DNA of 64,000 nt from a virus (IMGVR_UViG_3300036833_000307:1-64000); one strand, 5' to 3'. Positions 1-10,270 are shown, counted from the first letter of the stretch. The notes: a model not told the origin generated them from the sequence alone. Program-made: numbers and translations.

Positions 1-2842
1 CTACTCGGCCAGCCAAATGCGTTGTCAGGTCGATACCACGCCCAGCCTTGCGGTGCGTGTAGCTGCCGGGCTCATCAGGTTTCTGCAAGCTTTTCCGGCG
101 CACTTTCTCCAATCGATCAGTGAGCGCAGCGACAAAGACTGGATCGTCCTGCTTGCCCATCCGACGCGCCTGGCTTAGCGCAATGGCGATAGCCTGCTTG
201 CGCGACTGCACCTTCGGCATCTTTCGCTTCGGCAATCCAGCACGAAACGAATGTAACTTGCCATGCTTGAACTCATGCATGGTCTGATGAATTTTCTCGC
301 GCGCTGCTGCCGAGGTCGGATAGCGCTGCTTGGCCATATCGCCCATCGGTTCGGCCAGCACCATCGGTCCCTTAGCCTGCAGCGGAAAGCCGGCCATGAC
401 GTTACGGGTATCGTTGGGATCGTGATAACTGAAATCGAGCGCATGCGCTGGCTCCCACTGATCGGAGCGCGCGGCACGCCATTGGCTAACCGTGTTGTCG
501 TCCTGCAGCAGGATGTTCTTGCGCAGCCGCTCGATCAGTTCGGCCTTCGCGGCATTGTTCTCGTCACGACTATGCGGCGCGAAGGCTGCACCGGTCAGGC
601 CGCCAGCGGCGAAGGTCGCGGCGGGATTACGCCGCGCCGCACGTCCAGCCAAGCCGCCTAGCGCTCCGCCCAGTTGGCGTGTCGTTGCCAATGGCTTGGC
701 ACGGAAAGCACGGCCAACCGTGCGTACCACTCCACCGAAGCCTGCTTTGCCCAACCGACGCTCGCCAGCCGCGTCCTCGCGCTGGTCGCGCTTGGTGCGC
801 TCATACTGAGCCATGGTCATGCCGAGCTTGCGTGCGCCGCGCCGATCCTCGCGCTCATCTTCGGCCGAGCCTTCATAAGCTTTGCGCATCCCATGGCGGG
901 ACAGCGCGGCCATTCTTTTGGCACCATATTTCCGGCGCCCGATCGCGGCTGCGACCGCACCAGGATCGCGAACTCCGCCACGATGCGCAATGCTACTTTC
1001 CAATGCCTTGAACCGCGCGCCCGAGCCGAGCTTCGGCTGCCGCTTGCGCAACTCATCGATCGGTTCCTGCTTGCTTGCCATCCGCTTAGGCCGCGGCGCC
1101 AACGCTCGCTCCGCCCGATTGCTGGCATGCCGCGTGCCCATTATGCCGGCTACATGACCAGCGACCGCGCCGGCTGCGGCGGCACCAATCACGCCACCGA
1201 CCAGTCGGTGCTTCTGCTTTGCCGTGAGCCTTGCGCCATGTGGCATCGTGGCTTCATGCAGCGCCAATGCCCGGCTCGCCGAGGGCGGCCCTCCGGGCCG
1301 GTGCCACTGTCCGTGCATGCCCTCCATGAACCGCGCATGACGAACGTTTCGTTCCGCGATATGCTCAGCAACCTTGGCGCCGATGCGCTTGCCAGCGTGA
1401 TATGCCACTTTGCCGCCAAGCACCGCGCCGGCCAGGCCGGCATGCGGCGCATAGCGGCGCGCGATCCGCGCGGCATGAACGCCCGCGGTGGCCGCCGCCC
1501 GCAGCACACCAGGATGCAGTTTCGAGAGATCGACCTGGCTCTCGGCCTTACCGGCGGTCCCCATGTCGGTATAGCCGGTACTGCTCGATGGCCGAGTATA
1601 AGCGCTGGTCGCGCCTTCACTCGATAACCCCGCTGATGGCGTCGGCGTCGCCGTGCCGGTCATCGTACCAGGCAGTTTCTTTTTGCCGTTAGTGGTCGGA
1701 CCCAGCGAAGCAGCAACAGGCGCGGGCGCAGCAGTGGGTGAGGTCGAGGTCGCCATCTGTTTGGCCAACCGCTCGTAGGGGGTCATGGCCTTCCTCACTG
1801 GCTTGCGGAAGCGTTTGCGCGGATAGGCGGTATCGGTGGCAGCCGCGAGTTGATCGCGCAGCTTTTCACGCAGCCGGTGCGCCGGATGAAACCCGTCGGC
1901 TTTGAAGAAGCTGCCACCTGGCCGCAGCTTTTTTGCCCGCACGACGCCGGTTACGCCACGCATTCCCGAATAGCCAGCCTTGTCGAGACTATCGCCATCG
2001 CTGTCATCCGACGGCGGCTTCGGCACCTTCGGCTTCTTCTTTTTGCCGCCGAACATGCCGCCGATCGCTGAGCCGCCGAAGCCGCCGATCGCGCCACCGA
2101 TCGCCGCACCGGGCAGTCCGCCGACCGCTGCGCCGAGCGCCTCGCCGGCGGTCGAGCCGATTTCGCCGCCGATCGCCTTGCCGGTGGACGAACCTTCGTC
2201 GTCGACCTGCGATCCCAGTGCAGTGCCAGCTGTACCACCAGCCGCGCCAGCCAGCATATGTGCCCATGGCGAGGCCTTGCGCAGCACCTCGCCGAAGGTT
2301 GGCGGCGGCAGCAACTCGGCAAAACTGCGCGGCATGCCTTTCAACATGACTTGCTCGGTCACGCCGTCGGATTTTGTCAGATCCATGATCCGTGCACTCG
2401 GGATGCACGGACTATCGACGAAAGAGATTTCCTGAATACGCGGTGTGTAGCGGGTATAGCCGGTCGGCTGGTCAGACCATTTTTTCAGATAGCCACCACC
2501 GATCGAGAAGCCGGTGTAACCACCCTCTGCGACCTTGATCCAATCGACCGGATCCAAGACCTTGACGCAGACATCAACCGCCTTGGCTTCATCGTTGTAG
2601 ATGATCTCGGCGATCTTGCCGGCCAGGTGCTTCGGGTTGTGCATGGCGCGGACGTTGCCGAAGCTCTTGCCGAGCGTGGCTTTGGCATAGCCGTCGCTCC
2701 ATTTCTGGAACTCCGGCTTGGCCGAGACGTAATCCATGATCTCACGCGACTTGTCGGGTTCCTCGACCGCCGCGCGGCCCCAGACCAGCTGTTTTCTCTC
2801 GTCCGCCTTGGTCAGCGGCAGGAAGAGGTTGAAGCCTTCCAT
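1..2842 (-). CDS. XkdF-type phage prohead serine protease with a >780-aa basic Gly/Ala/Arg-rich C-terminal extension (partial, runs off left edge)
   Basis: Absent from the ORF track because no stop lies in the window. Manual translation from ATG at 2842 gives MEGFNLFLPLTKADERKQLVWGRAAVEEPDKSREIMDY...NVRAMH...YTGFSIGG...EISFVDSPCIP and stays open to position 2. Contains a DUF6496-like segment (TMHEFKHGKLHS...KVQSRKQAIAIALSQARR). Confidence 0.85.
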   Translation of the reverse strand, partial: MEGFNLFLPLTKADERKQLVWGRAAVEEPDKSREIMDYVSAKPEFQKWSDGYAKATLGKSFGNVRAMHNPKHLAGKIAEIIYNDEAKAVDVCVKVLDPVDWIKVAEGGYTGFSIGGGYLKKWSDQPTGYTRYTPRIQEISFVDSPCIPSARIMDLTKSDGVTEQVMLKGMPRSFAELLPPPTFGEVLRKASPWAHMLAGAAGGTAGTALGSQVDDEGSSTGKAIGGEIGSTAGEALGAAVGGLPGAAIGGAIGGFGGSAIGGMFGGKKKKPKVPKPPSDDSDGDSLDKAGYSGMRGVTGVVRAKKLRPGGSFFKADGFHPAHRLREKLRDQLAAATDTAYPRKRFRKPVRKAMTPYERLAKQMATSTSPTAAPAPVAASLGPTTNGKKKLPGTMTGTATPTPSAGLSSEGATSAYTRPSSSTGYTDMGTAGKAESQVDLSKLHPGVLRAAATAGVHAARIARRYAPHAGLAGAVLGGKVAYHAGKRIGAKVAEHIAERNVRHARFMEGMHGQWHRPGGPPSASRALALHEATMPHGARLTAKQKHRLVGGVIGAAAAGAVAGHVAGIMGTRHASNRAERALAPRPKRMASKQEPIDELRKRQPKLGSGARFKALESSIAHRGGVRDPGAVAAAIGRRKYGAKRMAALSRHGMRKAYEGSAEDEREDRRGARKLGMTMAQYERTKRDQREDAAGERRLGKAGFGGVVRTVGRAFRAKPLATTRQLGGALGGLAGRAARRNPAATFAAGGLTGAAFAPHSRDENNAAKAELIERLRKNILLQDDNTVSQWRAARSDQWEPAHALDFSYHDPNDTRNVMAGFPLQAKGPMVLAEPMGDMAKQRYPTSAAAREKIHQTMHEFKHGKLHSFRAGLPKRKMPKVQSRKQAIAIALSQARRMGKQDDPVFVAALTDRLEKVRRKSLQKPDEPGSYTHRKAGRGIDLTTHLAGRV

Positions 2843-2848
2843 TGCCGT

Positions 2849-4315
2849 CTACGCGGCTTCGCGACGCACGATGACCGGCGATCTCGCCGGCTCCCAATCC
2901 ATGATGGCCTGGCCGAGATCGATCGGGATTTCCTCGGCCGTCGCCAATGCCTCGGCCACCCACTTCTTCAACTGGATTTGGTCAGGCTCGGCCTCTAGCC
3001 ATTCGGTCACGCTCGTATCGAGCGCTCGCTTGGCCAGACCTTGCTGCGGCAGTTGCCCACTCCAGGCCAGCAGATCAGCCGCATGGTTGGCGGCAGCGCC
3101 GGCAGCGAGGTCCTGGTCGTCTTCGTCGAGCTCGAGGATCGCCTCGATCATCTCGTCCGGCGCGATCTTCATGAGATCCTCAACGAATTCCGCCTTCGCG
3201 GCGGCTTCACCCTTCTTCTTCTTCTTACCGTTGCTCCACTGGCTGGGACCGTTGGTGTCGTCGTTCGTGACCGTGGCCACGCCGCTGCCGCTCTCGGAAC
3301 CGCGGACACTGCCCAGGCCTCCCGTGGTGCCCTTGCGACGGATGATGTCCGGATCGACCCCGCCATCGCCGGTATCGTTCGGGCCCGATCCTGGATCCGG
3401 GGTTTCACCATCACGTTGGTTGGGCGCCGGCGAACTGCCGCGCACTCGTTTGCCAGCGCCTTCAGAAGAACTGCGGCGCGGGATCGTACGCCGGATCGCC
3501 TGATCGGAACCTGTCTCGCTGCCATCGAGTTCGGCGCCGGCATGGCTCGGGGCATTGCCGATCACCTCACAGACCGGATCGCCGTCACCGTCGACACCAT
3601 CGGCGTAAATCCGGCGACCCGAAGCCGGCATGCCGGCGGTCAACACGTTTTTCTTGAGCTCGGTCTCAGCCGGATCGGCGGTCAGCCATGCGGTCATCGC
3701 CGCGTCGACCCGTTCATCCGGCTGGCCATATAGCGCGCCGATCAGATCGTTCATCTCGCGCGTGTAGTTGCCGATCTTGTGCAACAGATGCGCCCGCTTG
3801 GTATCGTCAATACAATTATCCACCATCTTGGCCAGCGCCTGTTCGGCTTCAGGCACCGGCGCTTGCTTGCGCAACGGGATTTCCTCGGCGCCGGCTGACG
3901 AATTCCACACCGCGCGTTTCAGCAGTTCGTCGCCTTCGGCGAACCACTGCTCGGCCACCTCGGCCGCCAGATCGTCATCGACGGTTGCCAGCATGTCGGC
4001 CTGCTTGGCCAATTCCTGACGATAGAACCCGATCTTAATGAGGATCTCAGCCTTGCGCTCAGGACTGCCGGCCGCTTCGACAAACTTGGCAAGTTCGCCA
4101 TCGAGGGTGGCCTGGATCTCGGCGGGATCGACTGCCATGGCTCTCTCCTGCTTGGTGACCGGTCCCGGTGGTCCGGTGCGACGTGGTTTGGGGGTGGCGG
4201 CGCGAACGCGGCGCTTGATCGGGCTATCCGTCTGCTCCTGGTTAAGCAGCACACGGCCACCGATTTCAGCGACGTCGGGGATGAGCAGCCCGGCATGGGA
4301 AAGCAGGTCGCTCAT
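2849..4315 (-). CDS. Hypothetical head-module protein (acidic, possible scaffold/internal protein)
   Basis: 488-aa ORF directly upstream of the protease, with many L-x-K motifs. Confidence 0.7.
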   Translation of the reverse strand: MSDLLSHAGLLIPDVAEIGGRVLLNQEQTDSPIKRRVRAATPKPRRTGPPGPVTKQERAMAVDPAEIQATLDGELAKFVEAAGSPERKAEILIKIGFYRQELAKQADMLATVDDDLAAEVAEQWFAEGDELLKRAVWNSSAGAEEIPLRKQAPVPEAEQALAKMVDNCIDDTKRAHLLHKIGNYTREMNDLIGALYGQPDERVDAAMTAWLTADPAETELKKNVLTAGMPASGRRIYADGVDGDGDPVCEVIGNAPSHAGAELDGSETGSDQAIRRTIPRRSSSEGAGKRVRGSSPAPNQRDGETPDPGSGPNDTGDGGVDPDIIRRKGTTGGLGSVRGSESGSGVATVTNDDTNGPSQWSNGKKKKKGEAAAKAEFVEDLMKIAPDEMIEAILELDEDDQDLAAGAAANHAADLLAWSGQLPQQGLAKRALDTSVTEWLEAEPDQIQLKKWVAEALATAEEIPIDLGQAIMDWEPARSPVIVRREAA

Positions 4316-4419
4316 GCGACGGCTCCTTGTAACGCTGGCGATCTGGGGTAATCATGCGAGCGAGCGCCGCCCTTGCCGGGGCAAGCGCTCGCTCTGACCC
4401 TACGGATGAGGAAGATCCG

Positions 4420-4962
4420 ATGAAGGCTCCACGCATCCTGCCGTCGCAGGAGTATCTTCGCGAGTGCTTCGACTACGATCCGCAGACTGGCGCGCTTCGC
4501 TGGCGAGTGCGACCGCGCGGGCATTTCTCTAACGATCATATCGAGGCCTCGTGGAACACTCGGCGCGCAGGAACAATCGCTGGCGCGCTTAGTGACGGTT
4601 ACCGCCTGGTCTGGATCAATTCCGAGGCGTTCAAAGCACATCGTGTGATCTGGAAATTGGTTGCCGGGGAAGAGCCAGCATCTCAGATCGATCACCTTAA
4701 CAATGACCGCTCCACCAACAGCCCTAAAAACCTTCGTGAAGCCAGCAATCAACAAAACCAGTTCAACAGAAGGGTTAGGAGCGACAACCCGTTCAAACTG
4801 AAGGGCGTTGCTCGCCAAAAAGGTAGACGGAAGGTTTACGCAAAAATTCGCATTGATGGCCACCAAGTTTGGCTTGGTTCGTTTAAAACGCCAGGAGAGG
4901 CGCATGCCGCTTATTGCCAAGCGGCCCAAAAATATCACGGCAAGTTTTGGAACCCAGGTTAG
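4420..4962 (+). CDS. HNH homing endonuclease with C-terminal AP2-like domain
   Basis: LRECFDYDPQTG...AHRVIWKL...IDHLNNDRSTNSPKNLREAS...WLGSFKTPGEAHAAY; antisense to the surrounding operon; GAGGA RBS before ATG 4420. Confidence 0.9.
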   Translation: MKAPRILPSQEYLRECFDYDPQTGALRWRVRPRGHFSNDHIEASWNTRRAGTIAGALSDGYRLVWINSEAFKAHRVIWKLVAGEEPASQIDHLNNDRSTNSPKNLREASNQQNQFNRRVRSDNPFKLKGVARQKGRRKVYAKIRIDGHQVWLGSFKTPGEAHAAYCQAAQKYHGKFWNPG

Positions 4963-4964
4963 CA

Positions 4965-7043
4965 TTATACAGCCACCGCCTGAAGTTGACCGCGCTTCGG
5001 CTTCAATATCCATTGCAGAGTGCACCGGCAGTTTATTACGAGTGCGGCAGGCGCTCCATCTTCCAAAGGCCACCGAATGGTCTCACCAGTTGAAGGCACC
5101 ACAAACGGTGTCTGAATTCCCTCGACCTCACGACCATCCAACTCCCGATGCGTATCGCGTGTCCGGTCATCATGCGTGGCCATCCAGCGTTTGGTTACGT
5201 CTAGCGACGGATAGTCGTCGAGGATCTGCTGTACTCTTGCTAAGCCGCCATACGAAGTAGCACGAATGCTCTCTGTTCTAGCGATAGTGACTGCTCTTAG
5301 GGCGACCGCTTTTCGGTGATAGGCGTCGGTCATGACGTCGATCTGCTCGGCTGACAGCGGCGTGTTGGTCTCGATCGCGCGGTTCAGCGTGCGGTCGTAA
5401 CGCTTATCGCGTAGCTGGCGCTCCAGCGCGCGCGGATCGAGCTCATCGAGTTGGCGGCGGAAGCTCGCCACCACGCCGCGCTGGTAGCTGGTGAGGCCGA
5501 TCGCCTCCTTGATGGTGCGCGCGACCTCCTTGGGGCCGATGCCCTGCAGCACCGCCTGCTCGCGCAGCGCGTCGCGGATCGCCTCACGCTGAGCGTCGGT
5601 CATCTCGACGATGCGGTCGAGCGCGTATTCGGCGATGTGGCGCAACTGCGCCGGATTGAGCAGATCGAAATCGACATCGATCTGATAATCCGGATGCTCG
5701 GGTTCGGTGATCGGCGGCTTGGTCAGTCCCTGGGCATAGGCTTCGGTAATGCCTGGCCCGAGCGCCTCGACCATACCGTCACCGAGATTGACCGGATCGT
5801 CGCCGCGGCCGAGCAGGCGGTCGATCCAGCGGCGATAGACCGCCGCCAGGTCGGGCCCCATCTGGCCTTCCGGCGTGTCGCGCGGCGGCCGCCGGGCCTT
5901 GAGCAATGCTTCCTGCGTCGAAACTTCCACTTTTTCTGCAGCGGATTTCTCTTGACTTTTGCGCCGTCCGGCGGTGGCGACGTGGTGCGCCAGTATGGCC
6001 ACGCCGGCGGTGGTCAGGCCAGCCACGCCGCCGATCAGGGCGCCGCGGCCAGAACGGCGCAGGATCTGCGAAGCGTAGCGGCCAGACAGCAGGTTCTGCC
6101 GCACCGCCTCGGCCATCTCCTCGATGGTACGGCGTTCGGCCGCGCTCACCAGGCGCTCGGTCTTGGCGGCATGCTGAGCGAGGCGCTCTTCCATGGTGCG
6201 ACGTGTCGCCGCGCGTTCGGTGCGAATGCGCTCCTGCAGGGCTTCGGTCGTTTCACCGCCCCGGTGCTGGCGCACGGCGCCGGCTTCCACGCGTTGCGGC
6301 TTCGGCGTCGGAATCGGCCGACCACGCCGGCGGGTTGGCGTGCGGGTGTGCTCGGCTCGCGCCTGGACGCGCGAGCCTAACCGCTGGAACCGCTCGAGGT
6401 CCTCGATCTCGCGCTCGATCGAGGCGACGTCGACCCGCACCCGGCGGGCGTTTGGCGCGGCTTCAGCCGCCTCCCGGTCGTCGCCGGCAGCCAGGTTGGT
6501 CTGGATGACAGCTTCCAGCCGACGCCGCGCCAGGACCAGGCGCCGCTGCGCCTGCCAGAGCTGCCGCGCATAAATCAACTGGTTCTCGACATTGCCGACG
6601 ATTGGCGAAACCCGGGCTGGCTGGCGCGGTGGTGGCCGGCCATGCCGTTCCGGATACCGCAGGCTTTCGATCGCTTCCTGCAAGGTCGGACGCCGTTCGG
6701 CGGCCGGCGCCTGGCGTATCTGCTCTTCGTAGAACTGTCGCACTTGCTGGAGTTTGTCGGCCCGCCGCGCCGCTTCCTGCTGCCGCGCGACATAGGCCTG
6801 GCGCACGCCGCGCACGCCGGCCGCTTCCGCTGCAGCACGCTCGCTGGCGCCGGTCAGCACCGCGCCACGAATGCCGCCGAGGATGGCGCCTAACGCAGCA
6901 GTTTTGCCGGCTGCCGCCCAGCGCGCGCGCGCCGCCTCACGCCGCTGGCGATGTTCGGCTTCAGAGAGAGGTTGCCCGGGCGTATGCTTGACAAGAAGCA
7001 ACAGCGACCAGTCCCCACAAAAAACGCGGCTCTTTGGCCGCAT
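4965..7043 (-). CDS. Head morphogenesis protein (Mu gpF / SPP1 gp7-like C-terminus) with long basic N-terminal extension
   Basis: IARTE...KRWMATHDDRTRDTHRELDG...INCRC motif. Confidence 0.85.
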   Translation of the reverse strand: MRPKSRVFCGDWSLLLLVKHTPGQPLSEAEHRQRREAARARWAAAGKTAALGAILGGIRGAVLTGASERAAAEAAGVRGVRQAYVARQQEAARRADKLQQVRQFYEEQIRQAPAAERRPTLQEAIESLRYPERHGRPPPRQPARVSPIVGNVENQLIYARQLWQAQRRLVLARRRLEAVIQTNLAAGDDREAAEAAPNARRVRVDVASIEREIEDLERFQRLGSRVQARAEHTRTPTRRRGRPIPTPKPQRVEAGAVRQHRGGETTEALQERIRTERAATRRTMEERLAQHAAKTERLVSAAERRTIEEMAEAVRQNLLSGRYASQILRRSGRGALIGGVAGLTTAGVAILAHHVATAGRRKSQEKSAAEKVEVSTQEALLKARRPPRDTPEGQMGPDLAAVYRRWIDRLLGRGDDPVNLGDGMVEALGPGITEAYAQGLTKPPITEPEHPDYQIDVDFDLLNPAQLRHIAEYALDRIVEMTDAQREAIRDALREQAVLQGIGPKEVARTIKEAIGLTSYQRGVVASFRRQLDELDPRALERQLRDKRYDRTLNRAIETNTPLSAEQIDVMTDAYHRKAVALRAVTIARTESIRATSYGGLARVQQILDDYPSLDVTKRWMATHDDRTRDTHRELDGREVEGIQTPFVVPSTGETIRWPLEDGAPAALVINCRCTLQWILKPKRGQLQAVAV

Positions 7044-7106
7044 TAAGTCAAGTTCTGCCGCAACCCACTGATGATTGCAACATTTCCGTCCTGACCGAGG
7101 TGTCCG

Positions 7107-8426
7107 ATGGCTGTTTCAGTGCCGACCATGGACGAGTTCAATGCGCTCGAGGCACGGGTTGCGGCACTCGAAGGTGCGCCGCCGGAGCTGCCCTCGGATA
7201 TCCCGCCCATTCAGGCCAAGCGCATTGCCGACCTGATCGAGCTGTTCGGCGTCAACACGTTCAGCCAGATCGACGACACCAACGTCTGGGGCAGCTATCC
7301 TTCGGACTATCGTTCGCAGACTGTCCTGGCAGCGCTCAAATACATGACCGGCACGACGAAGTTCTGCTTCGGCATCCGCGAGTATCACTACGCCGGGCGC
7401 GAGGTGATCCAGAAACCCTGGCTCGATGATATCAGGACTATCTACCCTAACAGCACAGTCACGATGTGTGTCAGCGCCAACGGCCAGGTCAGCGACGTGG
7501 CCTCAATGCTGCGAGTGGGTGGCGTCACTTACTTCGAGGGCATCAACGAACCGAACACCGATTTCGGCCAGGGTACCGTGCCGTTCGAGCAGACCAAGGC
7601 GATCCAGGACGAAGTCTGGATGCGCACCGAGACCATCGGCCAACAGCAAAACGTGGCCGGTCCGGCGATCGCTGCCGGCATGCCGAACCCGGAACAATGG
7701 ATCAAGGACTACTGCGGTAGCGGACTTGCTGCCCTGAACGCTGAGCTGCGGCACGGCAACGGCCATTATTACCCGCCGAGCTGCCCGGACCTCGCGCAAT
7801 CCGGCACTTCGCTCGCGGAGTATGCCGGCGGGCTACAGAACGCCTACGGGCAGCCGACGATGATCACCGAGTTCCATCCCTCGTTGCGCAGCACCGATGG
7901 CAACAAGCCGGGCGAAACCGGCTGGAGCGGCGATCGCGACGCCTATTACCTGCTGCTCAGCCTCTACCGCGCCGGCAAGCTCGGCATGCCGCTCTGGTGG
8001 TACGCCCTGTTCGATTATGCGGATGTCCATATCTGCGGGCTGTTCCCGCGCAACCAGCAGAACCCGCGCCCCGCGGCCACCGCGATGCGTAATCTCAGCA
8101 TCACCTGCGCCGATCCCGGTGACGACCTGCGAAGCTTCGCGCCAGGCACTCTGCAATGCCGCGCAACCGGCGAGGCCGGCGGGTGGGACTGGGATCTCTA
8201 CCAATCGAGCGACGGCAAGTTCTTCATCCCGCTCTGGCTGGCAGCGAAGGATCTCGGCGGCCCCTCCACCATGATCACCCTCGAACTGGCGAAGGTTCCT
8301 GCCGCGATCGCCCAATTCGATATCCGCACCGGCGCGCAGCTGCAGTTTCCCGAACCGCCGATGCAGGCGAAAACCTTCCATATCGAGCTCGATGCCAGCG
8401 CCCGGATGATCGTGATCCGGCCATGA
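7107..8426 (+). CDS. Glycoside hydrolase-like (clan GH-A type) protein
   Basis: FEGINEPN and MITEF candidate catalytic motifs; opposite strand to the head operon. Confidence 0.55.
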   Translation: MAVSVPTMDEFNALEARVAALEGAPPELPSDIPPIQAKRIADLIELFGVNTFSQIDDTNVWGSYPSDYRSQTVLAALKYMTGTTKFCFGIREYHYAGREVIQKPWLDDIRTIYPNSTVTMCVSANGQVSDVASMLRVGGVTYFEGINEPNTDFGQGTVPFEQTKAIQDEVWMRTETIGQQQNVAGPAIAAGMPNPEQWIKDYCGSGLAALNAELRHGNGHYYPPSCPDLAQSGTSLAEYAGGLQNAYGQPTMITEFHPSLRSTDGNKPGETGWSGDRDAYYLLLSLYRAGKLGMPLWWYALFDYADVHICGLFPRNQQNPRPAATAMRNLSITCADPGDDLRSFAPGTLQCRATGEAGGWDWDLYQSSDGKFFIPLWLAAKDLGGPSTMITLELAKVPAAIAQFDIRTGAQLQFPEPPMQAKTFHIELDASARMIVIRP

Positions 8427-8440
8427 TCGCCAGCTGAGCT

Positions 8441-8803
8441 TTACGGAACCGCCTGCACCACCCTAACCCCGGCCTCTCGCGCCTGTTGCATCATGTCACT
8501 GGTGCCCTTCTTGCCAGGAAAGGCGACGATGAGATTGGGCTTGCCTTCGAGCAGCATGCGCCGGTTGCGCATTGGACCGGCTGCTTTGCCATCGGCATGC
8601 CAGTAAGCGATGAAGCGCCTGGTGGGAACGCCGCGGCTGCCGGCCCAAGTCTCGGCCAGCGTGTCAGCGCCAGGTGCCGCGCCATGAATGAGCAGGCCGA
8701 TCGGCGTCGCCTTGTGCATCGCGTCGAGGTATCGACAAAGTCCATACCAATCGTCGAAGGTCCGGCCGCCGCAGACCAGGACGACGAGATCAACTCCGCT
8801 CAT
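8441..8803 (-). CDS. SLOG / YspA-like (DUF2493) protein
   Basis: VLVCGGRTF...IHGAAPGADTLA...AAGPMRNRRML...VAFPGKKGT. Confidence 0.85.
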   Translation of the reverse strand: MSGVDLVVLVCGGRTFDDWYGLCRYLDAMHKATPIGLLIHGAAPGADTLAETWAGSRGVPTRRFIAYWHADGKAAGPMRNRRMLLEGKPNLIVAFPGKKGTSDMMQQAREAGVRVVQAVP

Positions 8804-8970
8804 TCCGCGTCAAGCGCCTCCACGGCCTTCAGCAGTCGCACTTGAAGCTCAGCAATGCGGGCTTGGGTGTCGGGTGGCTGCAGATCGATCAGTTCGCCCA
8901 ACAGATCGCGCAGACAGTCGGTAACCTCGAGCAGAAAGACGGTCAGTTTCTCAGTGTCGGTGCCGCTCAT
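8800..8970 (-). CDS. Small hypothetical protein (56 aa)
   Basis: Manual translation MSGTDTEKLTVFLLEV...; overlaps both neighbours by 4 nt. Confidence 0.6.
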   Translation of the reverse strand: MSGTDTEKLTVFLLEVTDCLRDLLGELIDLQPPDTQARIAELQVRLLKAVEALDAE

Positions 8971-9386
8971 CGGTTTGGCTCAAAGACTGCCTGGTCGACC
9001 GCATCTGGAGCGACATCCTGGTCATGCAATTGCGCCTGAGTACGCGCTTGACGCCGTGCCGTGATCGCCTGGAAGAAACGCAGCACATGCGCCTCCTCGC
9101 CATAAAGCGCATGCGGGTAGCCGTCGATCCATACCAGCATGTCGCTGATGATGCGCGCCAAGGTATTGCGCGCTTCCGCCGCCTCCATCGCCTTGGCCGG
9201 ACGGATGGTGATCCCCTCGACCATGGCCGGCGCAGCGACATCGCCCTTGCGCTGCAACACCGGGACGACCTGAACGCGCTCGCCGGTCAATGACGACTTG
9301 CCGGGATCAAAGTCCGGAACATAGGTCAGGTCGCCGGCGGTGGCTGCGACACGCGCCGGCGGTACGGGCTTGACCTGGTCCGACAT
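8967..9386 (-). CDS. Hypothetical protein
   Basis: Tightly packed ORF in the leftward operon. Confidence 0.6.
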   Translation of the reverse strand: MSDQVKPVPPARVAATAGDLTYVPDFDPGKSSLTGERVQVVPVLQRKGDVAAPAMVEGITIRPAKAMEAAEARNTLARIISDMLVWIDGYPHALYGEEAHVLRFFQAITARRQARTQAQLHDQDVAPDAVDQAVFEPNR

Positions 9387-9388
9387 GA

Positions 9389-9715
9389 TTACTGCGTCGA
9401 GCCGACCCGGCTCCGCATCTGACCCAGCTCCATCAACGCGGCGTTAAGGTGCACGAACACCTTGTCCAACCGATCCATGGTGTCCCTTCGCAGCTGGACA
9501 TCGGCTGGCACGGCTTCCTTGTCGCCTCGGGTTACCGCCGAGGCCTTTTCGAGAAATTCGCTGATCCGCGCCAGGCCGTCGTTGACGCGCTGCTCCAGGC
9601 TGGCGTTGGCGCCATTGCCGGCAGTTCCGCTCGGGGCTTGTCGCGCCGCGCCTTCAGCTTGAGCAACGGTTACTCCGGCTGCGGCACCAGCAGCTTGCGT
9701 GGCACTTCCACTCAT
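9389..9715 (-). CDS. Hypothetical protein
   Basis: GGAG RBS, tightly packed in operon. Confidence 0.6.
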   Translation of the reverse strand: MSGSATQAAGAAAGVTVAQAEGAARQAPSGTAGNGANASLEQRVNDGLARISEFLEKASAVTRGDKEAVPADVQLRRDTMDRLDKVFVHLNAALMELGQMRSRVGSTQ

Positions 9716-9736
9716 CTCGCTATCTCCCCACCAGGA

Positions 9737-10261
9737 TTACATGGCCAACACGTCACCGTAGACGAACACATTGCAGGTCGCGGGCGCGCCATTCGCCGAC
9801 GTCAGTGACAGATAGAGCGGGCCCTGAAAGCATTTCGTGGCGCAGAGCGGCGCCAGTGTCGCCACCACCATCTCGCTGAGATCCGTGCCGGCCAGCGCGA
9901 AGCTCTGGCCAGCGGCCACTACCGCATCACCGCCTTTTTCCATATCGGTGTAGATCCCGCCCGCGGCAGCGGTGACTGGAGCCGAGGCTCCGGTGACAAC
10001 GACCTTGCTGAGGGAATATCCAGTCACCGGCCCGAGCGAGGAGCTGAACTTCTGATCCTCGGTCGAATTCATATCCGCATCCACCAGCACGAAGAGCGGG
10101 TAGCGGCCGGGGACCACCAGCGCACAGCCCATGGCCTCGAGATCAGTGACCTCAGTGCCTTGTGGCACATCGCGCAGCACGCCGGCACTGTCGGCTATGT
10201 AGGTGGTGCCGAGCCGCGTCAGGAACGAAGCATTCGCGGTCGGAGCGAGTAGCGTTGCCAT
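9737..10261 (-). CDS. Putative virion structural protein
   Basis: Ala/Thr/Gly-rich 174-aa ORF with AGGAG RBS in the head module. Confidence 0.55.
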   Translation of the reverse strand: MATLLAPTANASFLTRLGTTYIADSAGVLRDVPQGTEVTDLEAMGCALVVPGRYPLFVLVDADMNSTEDQKFSSSLGPVTGYSLSKVVVTGASAPVTAAAGGIYTDMEKGGDAVVAAGQSFALAGTDLSEMVVATLAPLCATKCFQGPLYLSLTSANGAPATCNVFVYGDVLAM

Positions 10262-10270
10262 TGGAAACTC

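Noticed and set aside
175-3733. Plus-strand and short minus-strand ORFs in the track
   Set aside because: Shadow frames of the protease polyprotein and the 488-aa gene.
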